Below, in pieces: positions 30,400 through 40,489 of a stretch of DNA of 64,000 bases. The number at the start of each line of letters is the position of its first letter. Within the stretch, counting starts at the first letter, position 1. This DNA comes from Candidatus Berkelbacteria bacterium (GTDB lineage Bacteria > Patescibacteriota > UBA1384 > XYA2-FULL-43-10 > 1-14-0-10-43-13). The notes under the pieces were generated by a model. The model did no database searches. It had not been told where the DNA came from and worked only from the letters and a program-made list of their open reading frames with translations. The position numbers and the translations under genes were made by a program. Location of the stretch: assembly GCA_037143235.1 (NCBI GenBank), contig JBAWZC010000004.1:1776-65775 (forward strand), read 5' to 3'.

Positions 30400-31806
30400 T
30401 TAAACCGCCAAAGGATATAGCTCAAGCTCTGTCCTCTGCGGTCGACTACCTTTGTCTGGCCTTTTGTGATGGCTTCCTTTTTGGATGGCGACTCCACCGT
30501 CTGGCCATATATGTACTCCGCCCATACAAGCGCCGGGGTCTGCATCCTCTTCATATTTCGGATTATCGTCGTGCTCTTTCCAGTGGCTTACAGATCCAGT
30601 TTGCACACGATAATAATATGCTTGATGTTGTTCGTCCATGCCTGAAGTTAATTTCAGTTCATTTACATATTTAATTAATGGAGCTCTTACTAATTCCTCG
30701 AATTCTCTATGCTCAGGAGAGCCATCTTCGTCAAGGCGAAAGACAATATTTAGTGGAAGACCCTGAAAAGCCAAGATCACGTTTTTCATATGCTCTCTAT
30801 ATTGATTTAGGTCTTTTCTTGCCAACCCTTCTGAAGGCGAGATGCTAATCCTGATATCTGAGAGTAAATATGGCTGTTCATTGCAAAGTTCGACAATTTT
30901 CTTGGCTGCAATAGGGCCTAGTTGGTCGCCTTCCTGCCAACCCGCTGTCGAGATAAATACTGGACGAAGAGGGGTGGCAATCATGCGAAAAGCATCACCA
31001 AGGTCAGCTATCTGTCCGTTCTCGTGGCGTAGGCTTGTGTCTCGCCAGTCAAATGGGTCACTGTCATTGAAAATATTAAGCTCTCTGCGAAAAGTATACG
31101 GGCTTAGGGGATAGTAATGTCGAAGAAATTGAAAAGTCCGACGGGGATCATTGCGATCTATCGGCACGGGAGGTACCTTTCCTTCTGGTTGATCGAAGTA
31201 TTTGGAAATCTCTTGGCCTGAGAATTCCTTTTCTATCGTCCTGATCAGTAAAATAGCATCTTCGGTAAAACCCTTATCAACTTGTTCTTTAAACCAATTA
31301 AGGTCAATCTTATTAAGATTAGTCCCGGTGATATTTTCAATATGCGTTGACCAGTCATCCCAGACTTTTTCGACTGGTATTTTTGACTTTTCAATCTCTT
31401 CGCCAATTTTGCCGATCATTACCAACGGCATTGATGTTAAGGGCTGGTCGACCCGATCGCACATTTCGCATTGATGGGAGCAGCCTTTTGTTATTTGGAC
31501 GCAAGATAAATTTTGGTAACCAAACACAACCTCTTTTTCATGGTCGGTCAGATGGACATCATCGAATAGATCAAGGCGCGGATTCTCAACCGTAGGTAGT
31601 TCCTTTGCAATTTCAGTAATTAAATCATCCGACCCATCGGCAATAGCATTCTCGACCCGAGCCCTTATAGCCTCACCTGCCTTAGAGAATGGGACGGTTC
31701 GCCGAAGAAAATTTTGGCAGCGTTCAGTTAAGATGCGTTGCTCTTTATCCTTGGGTTTGTCCTGATCCTCACTGTCGGGTTGTTCGGAGTGATTAAGTCT
31801 GTCCAT
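30400..31806 (-). CDS. Hypothetical protein with radical-SAM-type CxxxCxxC motif
   Basis: QITKGCSHQCEMC; remainder not recognised. Confidence 0.6.
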   Translation of the reverse strand: MDRLNHSEQPDSEDQDKPKDKEQRILTERCQNFLRRTVPFSKAGEAIRARVENAIADGSDDLITEIAKELPTVENPRLDLFDDVHLTDHEKEVVFGYQNLSCVQITKGCSHQCEMCDRVDQPLTSMPLVMIGKIGEEIEKSKIPVEKVWDDWSTHIENITGTNLNKIDLNWFKEQVDKGFTEDAILLIRTIEKEFSGQEISKYFDQPEGKVPPVPIDRNDPRRTFQFLRHYYPLSPYTFRRELNIFNDSDPFDWRDTSLRHENGQIADLGDAFRMIATPLRPVFISTAGWQEGDQLGPIAAKKIVELCNEQPYLLSDIRISISPSEGLARKDLNQYREHMKNVILAFQGLPLNIVFRLDEDGSPEHREFEELVRAPLIKYVNELKLTSGMDEQHQAYYYRVQTGSVSHWKEHDDNPKYEEDADPGACMGGVHIWPDGGVAIQKGSHHKRPDKGSRPQRTELELYPLAV

Positions 31807-31877
31807 AATATTATTTTATCATTTTTTCCAGATGACTGGAATTTTTGTATATAAAAAAATCAATCCAGATAGTTTAT

Positions 31878-31919
31878 TGGCGGCAGGCTAAGCGTGCTAA
31901 ATGCCAAACTGAGCTTGTC
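31878..31919 (-). repeat. 42-nt NCCA twin-hairpin module (Asp-type, copy A)
   Basis: Minus strand: GACA AGC TCA GTT TGGC ATTT AGCACGC TTA GCCTGCC GCCA. Starts within GCTCCCGACA, which matches tRNA-Asp GATCCCGCCA at 8/10. Confidence 0.8.
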
Positions 31920-31937
31920 GGGAGCATGTGGGGGATG

Positions 31938-32357
31938 TTAGAACTTTTTGCTTAAGTATCCATTGTCAATTAAAAATGGAATTATTTGCTCTGTGATTGA
32001 TGGGGGAAGCTTGATTCCTTTTTCTTTATAATCACTTGAGATATAAGCAAATTCTTCGAGTTCGTCATCTTGAATGACTGGTTCTCCTATAATTTCAACT
32101 AGGAAGGCAGATAGCTTGACAATTGCGTCATCAAAAATTGCCTTCGACTCGAAATCTCTGAGTTTTTTAATGATATTAATATCGCAGCCTATTTCTTCGT
32201 TTACCTCGCGAGCTAAAGCGACTTTTTCAGTTTCGCCTATTTCCGGTTTTCCGCCTAAATTAGTCCAAATATCTTTTCCCTTTTTACGAACCATAATAAA
32301 GGAGTCATTTTTGATTGAAATGGCGATAATTTTATGAATTATTTTCATTTTTTGCAC
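31938..32357 (-). CDS. NUDIX hydrolase
   Basis: GGKPEIGETEKVALAREVNEEIG Nudix box. Confidence 0.9.
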   Translation of the reverse strand: MQKMKIIHKIIAISIKNDSFIMVRKKGKDIWTNLGGKPEIGETEKVALAREVNEEIGCDINIIKKLRDFESKAIFDDAIVKLSAFLVEIIGEPVIQDDELEEFAYISSDYKEKGIKLPPSITEQIIPFLIDNGYLSKKF

Positions 32358-33292
32358 AACTTTAATTTTTTGGTATCGATGAATATTTTCTTTGTATTTT
32401 GTTCTGATTTTGTTGTGGTTTTTACTTGTCCTAAGTCTAACAAGTTTCCACTAAAATGGCCAGTTGAATATGCAGTGATCACTTTTTTGTGCCAATTTAA
32501 ATCGTTTATCGTTCGGCCAGCAATTTTGAACCACCTAATTCCTCTTCTTTGATATTCGTCCATCCATTCAGGAAGAACGAAATAACCTTTTAGAATATCT
32601 TCGGTTTTACTCATAAAAAAGCCAGAACAAAGATTGTATGGGAAATTGTCAAAGTGTTGATCGCTGGATTTGTAGTTGTCGGCTAATCCTTGCAAAATAT
32701 AATGGCAATTTCTCATCAAACAATCACCGCAGAATTCGTTGACTAAAATCTCGAATTCAGCATCTTTTACTTCATTCAATTTATCTAACAATCCAAAATT
32801 TCTGTTTGTTCTTAGATCAAGAATTATTCTTTTCGCCCCAAGCCATTTGGCTTGTTCAATTCTCGGAATCGAATCAATCCCCATAATCGTGCTAGTGACA
32901 ACATTAAAATCGGAAAATTTTTGCTTTATGAATTCCATTGCTAACGGCGAAGAAACCGTGATAGTTTTAATTCCTATTTTATTTAGATTGATTAGCAGCC
33001 CTTTGATATCATTATCCAAATCTTTTAAAGTAATCGCCGGAGAATTAAGCGCGTAATTAAATCCTATGTTTATTGTTGATAATTTATCAACAAACAATCC
33101 GAGTTTGTTTATTGTGATAGCTGGCAATCTTGAAGATTCGCGTGCAGTATATTTTGGCAATGAGCCGTAAACCTCTTTAATTTTTGCACTACCTTGTACT
33201 TCATTAATCGATTTGTAAAAATTAATTGCATTTTCATGAAAAATAAATGGCACCGACAACAAGGCGTTAGGTTGTTTTGATTGTGTTTGCAT
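32345..33292 (-). CDS. U32 peptidase-family (Fe-S) protein
   Basis: FNYALN, EILVNEFC..C..R..H, later C, FKIAGR (K.EGR equivalent). Confidence 0.75.
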   Translation of the reverse strand: MQTQSKQPNALLSVPFIFHENAINFYKSINEVQGSAKIKEVYGSLPKYTARESSRLPAITINKLGLFVDKLSTINIGFNYALNSPAITLKDLDNDIKGLLINLNKIGIKTITVSSPLAMEFIKQKFSDFNVVTSTIMGIDSIPRIEQAKWLGAKRIILDLRTNRNFGLLDKLNEVKDAEFEILVNEFCGDCLMRNCHYILQGLADNYKSSDQHFDNFPYNLCSGFFMSKTEDILKGYFVLPEWMDEYQRRGIRWFKIAGRTINDLNWHKKVITAYSTGHFSGNLLDLGQVKTTTKSEQNTKKIFIDTKKLKLCKK

Positions 33293-33385
33293 AAATTTAT
33301 TATACCAAAATATATAATTTGCGATATGGAATACCAGGTCAAAATTATAAAAAGATGTATAAAAAAATCAATCCAAATAGTTTAT

Positions 33386-33462
33386 TGGCGGGATCGGCCG
33401 GATTCGAACCGGTGACCTCCACAGTGACAGTGTGGCGTTCTAACCAACTGAACTACGACCCC
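33386..33462 (-). tRNA. tRNA-Asp(GTC)
   Basis: Cloverleaf GGGGTCG...CT GTC AC...TTCGAAT...CGATCCC GCCA. Confidence 0.95.
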
Positions 33463-33557
33463 GCGGTAAACTATTTGGATTGATTTTTCTGTCGCAAAGA
33501 ATCACGACACTAAGATAATAGCATTTTTAGGAAGATTATTCAATCCTAAATATCTTT

Positions 33558-33633
33558 TGGAGCCGATGAGAGGATTTGAACCTCCGACCTCCACTTTACG
33601 AAAGTGTTGCTCTACCAGCTGAGCTACATCGGC
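33558..33633 (-). tRNA. tRNA-Thr(CGT)
   Basis: GCCGATG...TT CGT AA...CATCGGC TCCA. Confidence 0.93.
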
Positions 33634-33634
33634 C

Positions 33635-33708
33635 TGGAGCGGGTAGCGGGAATCGAACCCGCGACTCATCCTTGGGAAGGACGCATTTTACCACTAAACC
33701 ATACCCGC
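33635..33708 (-). tRNA. tRNA-Gly(CCC)
   Basis: GCGGGTA...TT CCC AA...TACCCGC TCCA. Confidence 0.93.
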
Positions 33709-33774
33709 GACAGAATTAAAATTATCATTTCTAGACACAAAACACAACCCGAGAACGAGAGAGTATAGCCAGGT

Positions 33775-34515
33775 TTATTTGATAAAGTGTGCCCTTGCTT
33801 GCGCTTCAAATCGGTCATCGATTTTCTCTAGCGTGATTTCTTCAGCATATTTGATCTGCAGCGTTTTTTTGATTATCCAGTCAGCCAGTTCAGGATTTTT
33901 GGCCAAGACTGGACCGTGCAAATAGGTGCCGATAGAATTGTGATAGATTGCTCCTTCGTCACCGCCATGTTCACTGTTGCCGAAACCTGCTGTGATTTGG
34001 CCGAAAGCCTGCATCTCTCTACCGAGAAATGTTTGACCCCCATGATTTTCAAAGCCAATCACTATCTGTTCGGCAGTGTCCGGCAACTTTGCCTTAATAC
34101 TGATATTGCCGATCAATCGTTTCGCCCCAGTATTTTCAGTGTGTAGATCAAAGATGCCAAGCCCATGAATCTTTTTGCCTTGCGCAGTGATATAGTATTG
34201 CCCGAGCAGCTGGTAGGCGCCACAAATATAAAGTCCGGGGATGCCTTTTTCAATTGCCTTTTTTAGCGCAGCTTTCTTTGCCATCAGGCTCTCAAAGATA
34301 ATTTCTTGCTGGCGATCTTGAGCTCCGCCCATAAATAGAAAATCTACTGCTGCAATCTCAGTTGGGTCGCTTTTGATCGAAATCGGTCTAATCTCTGTGT
34401 CGATATTGCGTTCATGACACCGATTGGTCAGTATCAGGATATTGCCTCTGTCTCCGTAAGTGTTCATAAATTCGGGATACAGCCAGCCAATGATGATTTT
34501 TTTGTTCTGGTTCAT
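33775..34515 (-). CDS. gatD: Lipid II isoglutaminyl synthase glutaminase subunit GatD
   Basis: LYP..MNTYGDRGN, GGAQD..Q, ICGAYQL, GFENHGG, YLHGP.L.KNP. Confidence 0.9.
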   Translation of the reverse strand: MNQNKKIIIGWLYPEFMNTYGDRGNILILTNRCHERNIDTEIRPISIKSDPTEIAAVDFLFMGGAQDRQQEIIFESLMAKKAALKKAIEKGIPGLYICGAYQLLGQYYITAQGKKIHGLGIFDLHTENTGAKRLIGNISIKAKLPDTAEQIVIGFENHGGQTFLGREMQAFGQITAGFGNSEHGGDEGAIYHNSIGTYLHGPVLAKNPELADWIIKKTLQIKYAEEITLEKIDDRFEAQARAHFIK

Positions 34516-35894
34516 TTTTTAATCTCCATCGAGTCCCCAGTCAATATTTTTCGCAGTTCTAGCATTTGTGAATAGACCGGCAGGACAAAAATTGTTTCAC
34601 CAGCTTCACTTGCGGAAATTACAGTTGATAGTATTTTGGTGATTGATTCGTCAGCAATAATTTTTTCGTCAAAACTCGTTTTTCTGCTGTTCTGACTGTT
34701 TTCTCGCATCGCGTATTTAATCCTGATCGCCATATCGTATGCTCGACCACCGGCGATCCAGACCTTGTCGGTATTATCGACCAGTCGCTCATAATTTACA
34801 TCCCAAATCCAGGAAACATCCCGTCCATCGGGAATAGCATCATTCAAAAGTAGTAAAACTTTTTTGTTTTTTTCTTTGGAGTTCACTATCAGATCGATCG
34901 ACTGATTAAATCCAACAGGATTTTTCGACAATTGGATCCAGATTTTTCGCCCCTGATACTCGATAATTTCTTGGCGTCCGAAAGCCGGCAGAAAGTCCTC
35001 GATGTCAGCATTAATTTTTTCTGGCTCTATTTGAAAAATTTTTTTCAAGACCAGGGCCACCGCACTCAGATTGTATCGATTGAAAGTGCCAGAGAGGGGA
35101 CTTACGATATTTTTTGATAGGTCGGTTATTTCTCCTGCATTGCCGCCACAGTGATCGCAGCTGAAAACTCCGATATGAGAATAGGCAATGCAAGAAAATG
35201 ATAGGGAGGACAAACAGATTGGGCAGTAGGTGGCGTCTGCTTCGATCGAAGTAGTGTCATTTTTTTCAATTTGTTCCTCGCTGATGCCGAAATAATTAAC
35301 TTTTTGTAATAACTTTTGGCCGAGAAAAAATAGGTTTGGGTCTTGGCCATTTAGAAATATTTGCGGAGCAGGGGAGAGACCGACGATGCTTTTTTCCCAT
35401 TTATCTCTGATCGCATCGATCTCGCCATAGCGATCTAGCTGATCGCGAAATAAATTCAAGGCCAAGATAGCAGTCGGCTCAAATTGTTTGAGGCACTGTG
35501 GCAGAGCGTTTTCGTCAACCTCTAGGATCGCCACATCGGCTTTGATCTGGCCGAAAATATTGGCATTATTTATCAGTGTCGAGGTGATGCCGTTTAGCAG
35601 GTTTGCCCCAGTCGTATTCGAAAAGGTCTTATGTCCATTTTTTGTAAGAACATGTGTCAGCAATTTCGCGCAGGTAGTTTTGCCGTTTGTGCCGACAATC
35701 AAAATTGTTTTTAAATGCTTATTCTTCTGCAACAGGACATCGACAAAGTTTTTTTCAAGTTTTAGGGCAATATGACCAGGCCAAGTTGCGCCATGGCCGA
35801 TCTTGAGCGAGCGAATGCCAAAAAGAATGGACTTTGTCAGCGCGACCAGTGCTACCGTTTTGATCCCGTCAGTTGTGGTATTTTTTCGTCTCAT
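34512..35894 (-). CDS. murT: MurT (Mur ligase with DUF1727)
   Basis: GTNGKTT, GANL..GI, EVDE, NLFRDQLDRYGE, CPIC/CDHC, KNPVG, DGRDVSWIWD. Confidence 0.92.
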   Translation of the reverse strand: MRRKNTTTDGIKTVALVALTKSILFGIRSLKIGHGATWPGHIALKLEKNFVDVLLQKNKHLKTILIVGTNGKTTCAKLLTHVLTKNGHKTFSNTTGANLLNGITSTLINNANIFGQIKADVAILEVDENALPQCLKQFEPTAILALNLFRDQLDRYGEIDAIRDKWEKSIVGLSPAPQIFLNGQDPNLFFLGQKLLQKVNYFGISEEQIEKNDTTSIEADATYCPICLSSLSFSCIAYSHIGVFSCDHCGGNAGEITDLSKNIVSPLSGTFNRYNLSAVALVLKKIFQIEPEKINADIEDFLPAFGRQEIIEYQGRKIWIQLSKNPVGFNQSIDLIVNSKEKNKKVLLLLNDAIPDGRDVSWIWDVNYERLVDNTDKVWIAGGRAYDMAIRIKYAMRENSQNSRKTSFDEKIIADESITKILSTVISASEAGETIFVLPVYSQMLELRKILTGDSMEIKK

Positions 35895-36057
35895 CTGCTT
35901 TGTATTCTATCTTATTGGTGTGGAAATGAGAAGCAATATGTTACACTTGGCTTCTTTCGGTTCCTACTTTTTTATCTTACTAGCTTAAACACTTATCGGC
36001 TTATACTGATCAGAGCCCTGTATTTTAATTTGATTCCTGATATACTACAATACAGAT

Positions 36058-36384
36058 ATGTCCAATTACCTAGCCGAACTCAAAGAGCAATATCGCGACA
36101 GAGTAAACATCATGTTGTTTATCTCGGCCGCTTTGTTGGCTGTGGCAGATTACATCCTGTGGCATTTTTACTTAGCTGACCCGACTCTTTTCATCTATCT
36201 GCCAATCCAGATGTACCCTGTAAAGCTGTTGTTCTTGATTATCCTGATCAATACCCTTTCGGCCACCTTTTCCTATCCAAAAGAGAAGGAAATCTCCTAC
36301 CTGCTGCACATAGCTAGTATTATCTTGGCCCTGCTTACCTTGGCACTGGAAATATTTTATATTATTCATACATATATCTCATGA
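36058..36384 (+). CDS. Small membrane protein
   Basis: Three TM segments; overlaps the next start codon. Confidence 0.65.
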   Translation: MSNYLAELKEQYRDRVNIMLFISAALLAVADYILWHFYLADPTLFIYLPIQMYPVKLLFLIILINTLSATFSYPKEKEISYLLHIASIILALLTLALEIFYIIHTYIS

Positions 36385-37910
36385 CACGATCAAAATGGCG
36401 TTACCGTCGGCTTTTTGAAATTTTACCGGGCGCTCTGGCCTGGACTTTGATTCTGCTGCCAATTCTCTTGGCCGCTTTTTCCCCGAAGCTGTTCGCAGTT
36501 TATATGATCTTTTTTATCTCGTATTGGCTGGTCAAGACCTACACCATGTCCTATCGAATGATCTGGGGTTATCGTAATTATGTCAGAGAAACCTCGACTG
36601 ATTGGGCGGATAAATTAGCAAAATTGGTTCCCGCTGATGACTGGCGAAAGATCTATCACTTGGTGATTGTGCCGACTTATAAAGAGGACATCTCTATCCT
36701 GAGATCATCGATCAAATCAGTCATTGCAAGTCAATTTCCACCAGAAAATATTATTTATGTCCTAGCGACCGAAGAGCGTGATTTTGCTCGGGCCAAGGAA
36801 TACGGCGAAATCATAGTGAGCGAAAACAAAGATAAATTATTTCATGTCGCTACTTTTATGCACCCCAAGGATATGCCAGGGGAGATCGTCGGCAAGGGCG
36901 GTAATATCAATTTCGCGGCTCGCTCGATCTTATCTTTCATCGATGAAAAAAAGATTCCATATGAAAATGTTGTTGTCACCACGATGGATGTTGACCATAT
37001 TGTCGACAAGAAATATTTTGCCGATCTGACCTTCAAATATGTGACTGACGAAGACCCGATTCATAAGAGTTTCCAACCTTTGCCGATGTTTTTCAATAAT
37101 ATATGGGATGTGCCGACCCTGAACCGCTTGATCGCTATGGGTTCCTCCTTCTGGCAGTTGATTGTCGCCACTCGGCCATCTCGATTGCGCAATTTCTCAG
37201 CTCATGCCCAGAGCTTGGCTGCGCTAATTCAAACAGACTTTTGGTCGGCAGAAACTATTGTTGAAGATGGTCATCAGTACTGGCGAAGTTATTTTCGCTT
37301 TGATGGTCACTATGAAGTCGTGCCGCTCTATACTCCGATCTATCAGGACGCCGTCTTGGCCGACACGCTAAAGGAAACATTGAGAGAGCAGTATTTGCAA
37401 AAACGCCGCTGGAGTTGGGGCGTCTCGGATATTCCGTATGTGATGGAGAAGACTTTCGGCAACAAAAAGATTCCATTTATCGATCGATGGGCCAATGCGC
37501 TAATCCTCTGGGATGCTCATCTTTCGTGGTCAACTTCCTCCATTATCTTGGCTTTTTCTTCGTGGCTTCCGCTCCTTTTCAACCAGCAATTCAAGACTGA
37601 TATTCTCTCCTTCAGTTTTCTCTATGTCTATGTTCGTATGCTCTGGATTGCTTGGGGCGGTATGATCATTACTTTGTGTATCTCAACCTTATTAGCTCCG
37701 CCCAAGAGAGGCAAGAAACCCGTCAAAAGAATCATTATGGACTGGATTATGACGCCGATACTGTTGCCAATTTCTAGTATTGTTTTTTCCTCGATCCCAG
37801 CTTTGGAATCTCAAACTCGTTTAATGATTGGTAAATATTTAGAAAAGTTTCATGTTACGGCCAAGTCTACACGGCGGTCATGGGCTGCGGAGGAGAAAAA
37901 TGGTAGATAA
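36381..37910 (+). CDS. Membrane GT2 family glycosyltransferase
   Basis: VPTYKE, GKGGN, DVD, IVEDG, QKRRW (QxxRW). Confidence 0.85.
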   Translation: MTRSKWRYRRLFEILPGALAWTLILLPILLAAFSPKLFAVYMIFFISYWLVKTYTMSYRMIWGYRNYVRETSTDWADKLAKLVPADDWRKIYHLVIVPTYKEDISILRSSIKSVIASQFPPENIIYVLATEERDFARAKEYGEIIVSENKDKLFHVATFMHPKDMPGEIVGKGGNINFAARSILSFIDEKKIPYENVVVTTMDVDHIVDKKYFADLTFKYVTDEDPIHKSFQPLPMFFNNIWDVPTLNRLIAMGSSFWQLIVATRPSRLRNFSAHAQSLAALIQTDFWSAETIVEDGHQYWRSYFRFDGHYEVVPLYTPIYQDAVLADTLKETLREQYLQKRRWSWGVSDIPYVMEKTFGNKKIPFIDRWANALILWDAHLSWSTSSIILAFSSWLPLLFNQQFKTDILSFSFLYVYVRMLWIAWGGMIITLCISTLLAPPKRGKKPVKRIIMDWIMTPILLPISSIVFSSIPALESQTRLMIGKYLEKFHVTAKSTRRSWAAEEKNGR

Positions 37911-39750
37911 CAAAGAAAAACGCAACAAGATATTAACTTGGCTTGCTGCTGGTTTGATTTTATTAACAATGTTTCTGATCGCATTCTTCTCATCGAAGGG
38001 TGCTTTTGGCGATCCGGGGGATTCGGCGATTGTCGATGAAGTTGCCCACATTCCGGCTGGCTATACCTACGACAAAGATCTTGATTTCCGGCTGAACCCC
38101 GAGCATCCACCGCTGGTCAAGGCCTTGGCTGGCTTGCCCTTGGTTTTGAACAAAAGTATCAATGGGCCAGAGTCTGGATGGGCTTGGGGAGCGGCCAATC
38201 AGTGGGAAGCTGGCTGGTATATGCTCTACAATGCCGGCAATGATCCCAAACAAATATTGTTTTGGTCTCGTTTGCCGATGATGCTACTGATGGTAGTCTT
38301 GGGAATATTTCTTTTCAAGTGGGCCGTCGAGCTTTTTGGCCGCAAGGTTGGTCTGGTAGTTTTATTGTTATTTGCCTTTTACCCAGATGTTATCGCTCAT
38401 GGCCGATTGGTCACGACTGATATCGCTGCGGCCTTGGCCTATGTCGTCTCGATGTACTATTTCACCAAGGCGCTGGAGAAAAAAACCTGGCAGGCCATAC
38501 TGATTGCTGCTCTGGCTTTTGGCGTTGGTCAGTGCTTGAAGTTCTCGGCCTTCTTATTGTTTATTGTTTTCGGCTTGTTGGTGTTGGTGCGAGCTGGTAT
38601 TGATGCCAGAGAAAACAAAAATGGTTACTGGTACAACCTTTGGAAGGGTTTCAAGGTCTATTTTTGGACCTCACTGCTTTCTCTGATTGTGGTTTTGGCA
38701 ATTTACTTGCCTTTCGTCTGGAAGACACCGGCTGTCATCGAGCACCAGCTGATCAATGTAAATCTGACTGATGATCCCCGCGTAGAACCATTGAAAAATT
38801 TCCTCTATCATTTTGAGGGCAATCCATTTTTTCGCGCAGTCGGGCACTATATGTTGGGGATAATATTAGTTATTGGGCGTGTCGGTGGCGGGAATAATAC
38901 TTTTATTATGGGGGCGATGTCCTTCAAGTCAATTCCATGGTTTTTTTCGGTCGCATGGCTCCTGAAAACTCCAATACCGATCATCATCCTGACCTTTGCT
39001 AGTACTATTTTGCTCTTTGTAAATTATGCAAGAAGCCGTAAAAATATCTGGACATTGTCTGTCATCTTAGCACCGGTTATTGTTTATTGGACATTCACCC
39101 TGAAAGGTTCGCTCGATATTGGCATCCGTCATCTGATGCCGACGGTGCCATTTGTTCTGCTCTTCATCGGATACACGATCTATCCAGTTCTAAACTCGGT
39201 TTCAAAAAATCTCTATGTACGAGCCAGCAAAGTGATGATCGGCATCTTGCTTGTCTATATGGTCATTTCCACACTCGCAAATTATCCATCATATATTTCA
39301 TATTTTAACGAATTCACTCCTAGGGAGGAGCGATACCAGCGTTTGATTGATTCGTCTTTGGACTGGGGTCAAGACTTGTTGAGACTGAAAAAATATACAG
39401 ATGAGAACAATATCTCTGACATCAAGATTGATTATTTTGGCGGTTCACAGCGCCTATATTATTTCCCAAAGAGTACTGAGTGGCACTCTGAGAATGGGCC
39501 GACAACTGGTTGGATTGCTATTTCGGCGACCTTTTATCAATCATCGAAATTAGTCGGAGAAAAAGAGGGAAAATGGTCATATGGCTGGCTCGACAATATC
39601 AAGCCAACCAAAATTATTGGGGATTCAATCTTGGTCTTTCATATCACGGATGATGATCTGATCAAGCATCCGCCTGTTTCGCCATATCCAATCACCAAGG
39701 TTGTTTCGCCGGCCACGAATGTTGGTCTAGAAAACAGGGTGGGGCTATGA
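37900..39750 (+). CDS. ArnT/PMT-like GT-C glycosyltransferase
   Basis: DEVAH, NPEHPPLVK, HGRLVTTD, IGIRHL, DSSLDWGQD; polytopic. Confidence 0.85.
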   Translation: MVDNKEKRNKILTWLAAGLILLTMFLIAFFSSKGAFGDPGDSAIVDEVAHIPAGYTYDKDLDFRLNPEHPPLVKALAGLPLVLNKSINGPESGWAWGAANQWEAGWYMLYNAGNDPKQILFWSRLPMMLLMVVLGIFLFKWAVELFGRKVGLVVLLLFAFYPDVIAHGRLVTTDIAAALAYVVSMYYFTKALEKKTWQAILIAALAFGVGQCLKFSAFLLFIVFGLLVLVRAGIDARENKNGYWYNLWKGFKVYFWTSLLSLIVVLAIYLPFVWKTPAVIEHQLINVNLTDDPRVEPLKNFLYHFEGNPFFRAVGHYMLGIILVIGRVGGGNNTFIMGAMSFKSIPWFFSVAWLLKTPIPIIILTFASTILLFVNYARSRKNIWTLSVILAPVIVYWTFTLKGSLDIGIRHLMPTVPFVLLFIGYTIYPVLNSVSKNLYVRASKVMIGILLVYMVISTLANYPSYISYFNEFTPREERYQRLIDSSLDWGQDLLRLKKYTDENNISDIKIDYFGGSQRLYYFPKSTEWHSENGPTTGWIAISATFYQSSKLVGEKEGKWSYGWLDNIKPTKIIGDSILVFHITDDDLIKHPPVSPYPITKVVSPATNVGLENRVGL

Positions 39751-40487
39751 CAGAAAAAGAATATAAATATGATTTATCCATCGTTGTCCCTGCTTACAAC
39801 GAAGCAAAAAGGATAAAAGTTCTGATGGAAGCAATCGAAAAATATGTTGCAAAATGTGATTTTCGAATCGAAACTATTTTGGTAGACAACAATTCGACCG
39901 ATGAAACGGTGAAAATATTTGAGAGCTATCATAGCCGGATCCCGAATCTGAAAGTGATCGAGAAAAAAGCTCAGGGCAAGGGTGGTGCGGTTCACGAAGG
40001 TATGATGAAAGCTGAGGGGGATTACATTTTGTTTACTGACGCAGACAATTCCACACCGATTTCAGAGGTTGATAAGCTCCTGCCATACGCAGGAAAGTAT
40101 GATGTTATCATCGGCTCCCGTTATTGTGCTGGCGGTAAATTGGCCATTCCTCAACCACTTGTGAGAGTTATTGGTGGAAGAATTATCAACTTTATCATTC
40201 AAACCTTGGCTGTGCCAGGGATACAAGACACTCAGTGTGGTTTCAAGATGTTTCAAAACAAAGCTGCCAAGGAAATATTCGGGAAGCAGACGATCAATGG
40301 CTGGTCCTTTGATGTCGAGATACTGGCCATCGCTCGCAAGACAGGCTACAAGATCAAGGAAGTCGGTATTACATGGTATGACAATCCGAGTTCCGCGCTC
40401 AGCCCGATCAAGGATGGCCTGAAGATGATCGCTGATGCATGGCAAGTCCGCAAAAATATTATCTCTGGTAAATATAGAAGAAAGTAG
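39747..40487 (+). CDS. Polyprenol-phosphate glycosyltransferase (Dol-P-Glc synthase-like)
   Basis: VPAYNE, GKGGAV, FTDAD, DTQCGFK, FDVEIL. Confidence 0.9.
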   Translation: MTEKEYKYDLSIVVPAYNEAKRIKVLMEAIEKYVAKCDFRIETILVDNNSTDETVKIFESYHSRIPNLKVIEKKAQGKGGAVHEGMMKAEGDYILFTDADNSTPISEVDKLLPYAGKYDVIIGSRYCAGGKLAIPQPLVRVIGGRIINFIIQTLAVPGIQDTQCGFKMFQNKAAKEIFGKQTINGWSFDVEILAIARKTGYKIKEVGITWYDNPSSALSPIKDGLKMIADAWQVRKNIISGKYRRK

Positions 40488-40489
40488 TA

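Noticed and set aside
29528-31919. The 42-nt modules as a CRISPR array or classical integron attC sites
   Set aside because: Spacing is 0.8-1.5 kb with whole genes between, there is no cas or intI gene, and RYYYAAC/GTTRRRY ends are absent.
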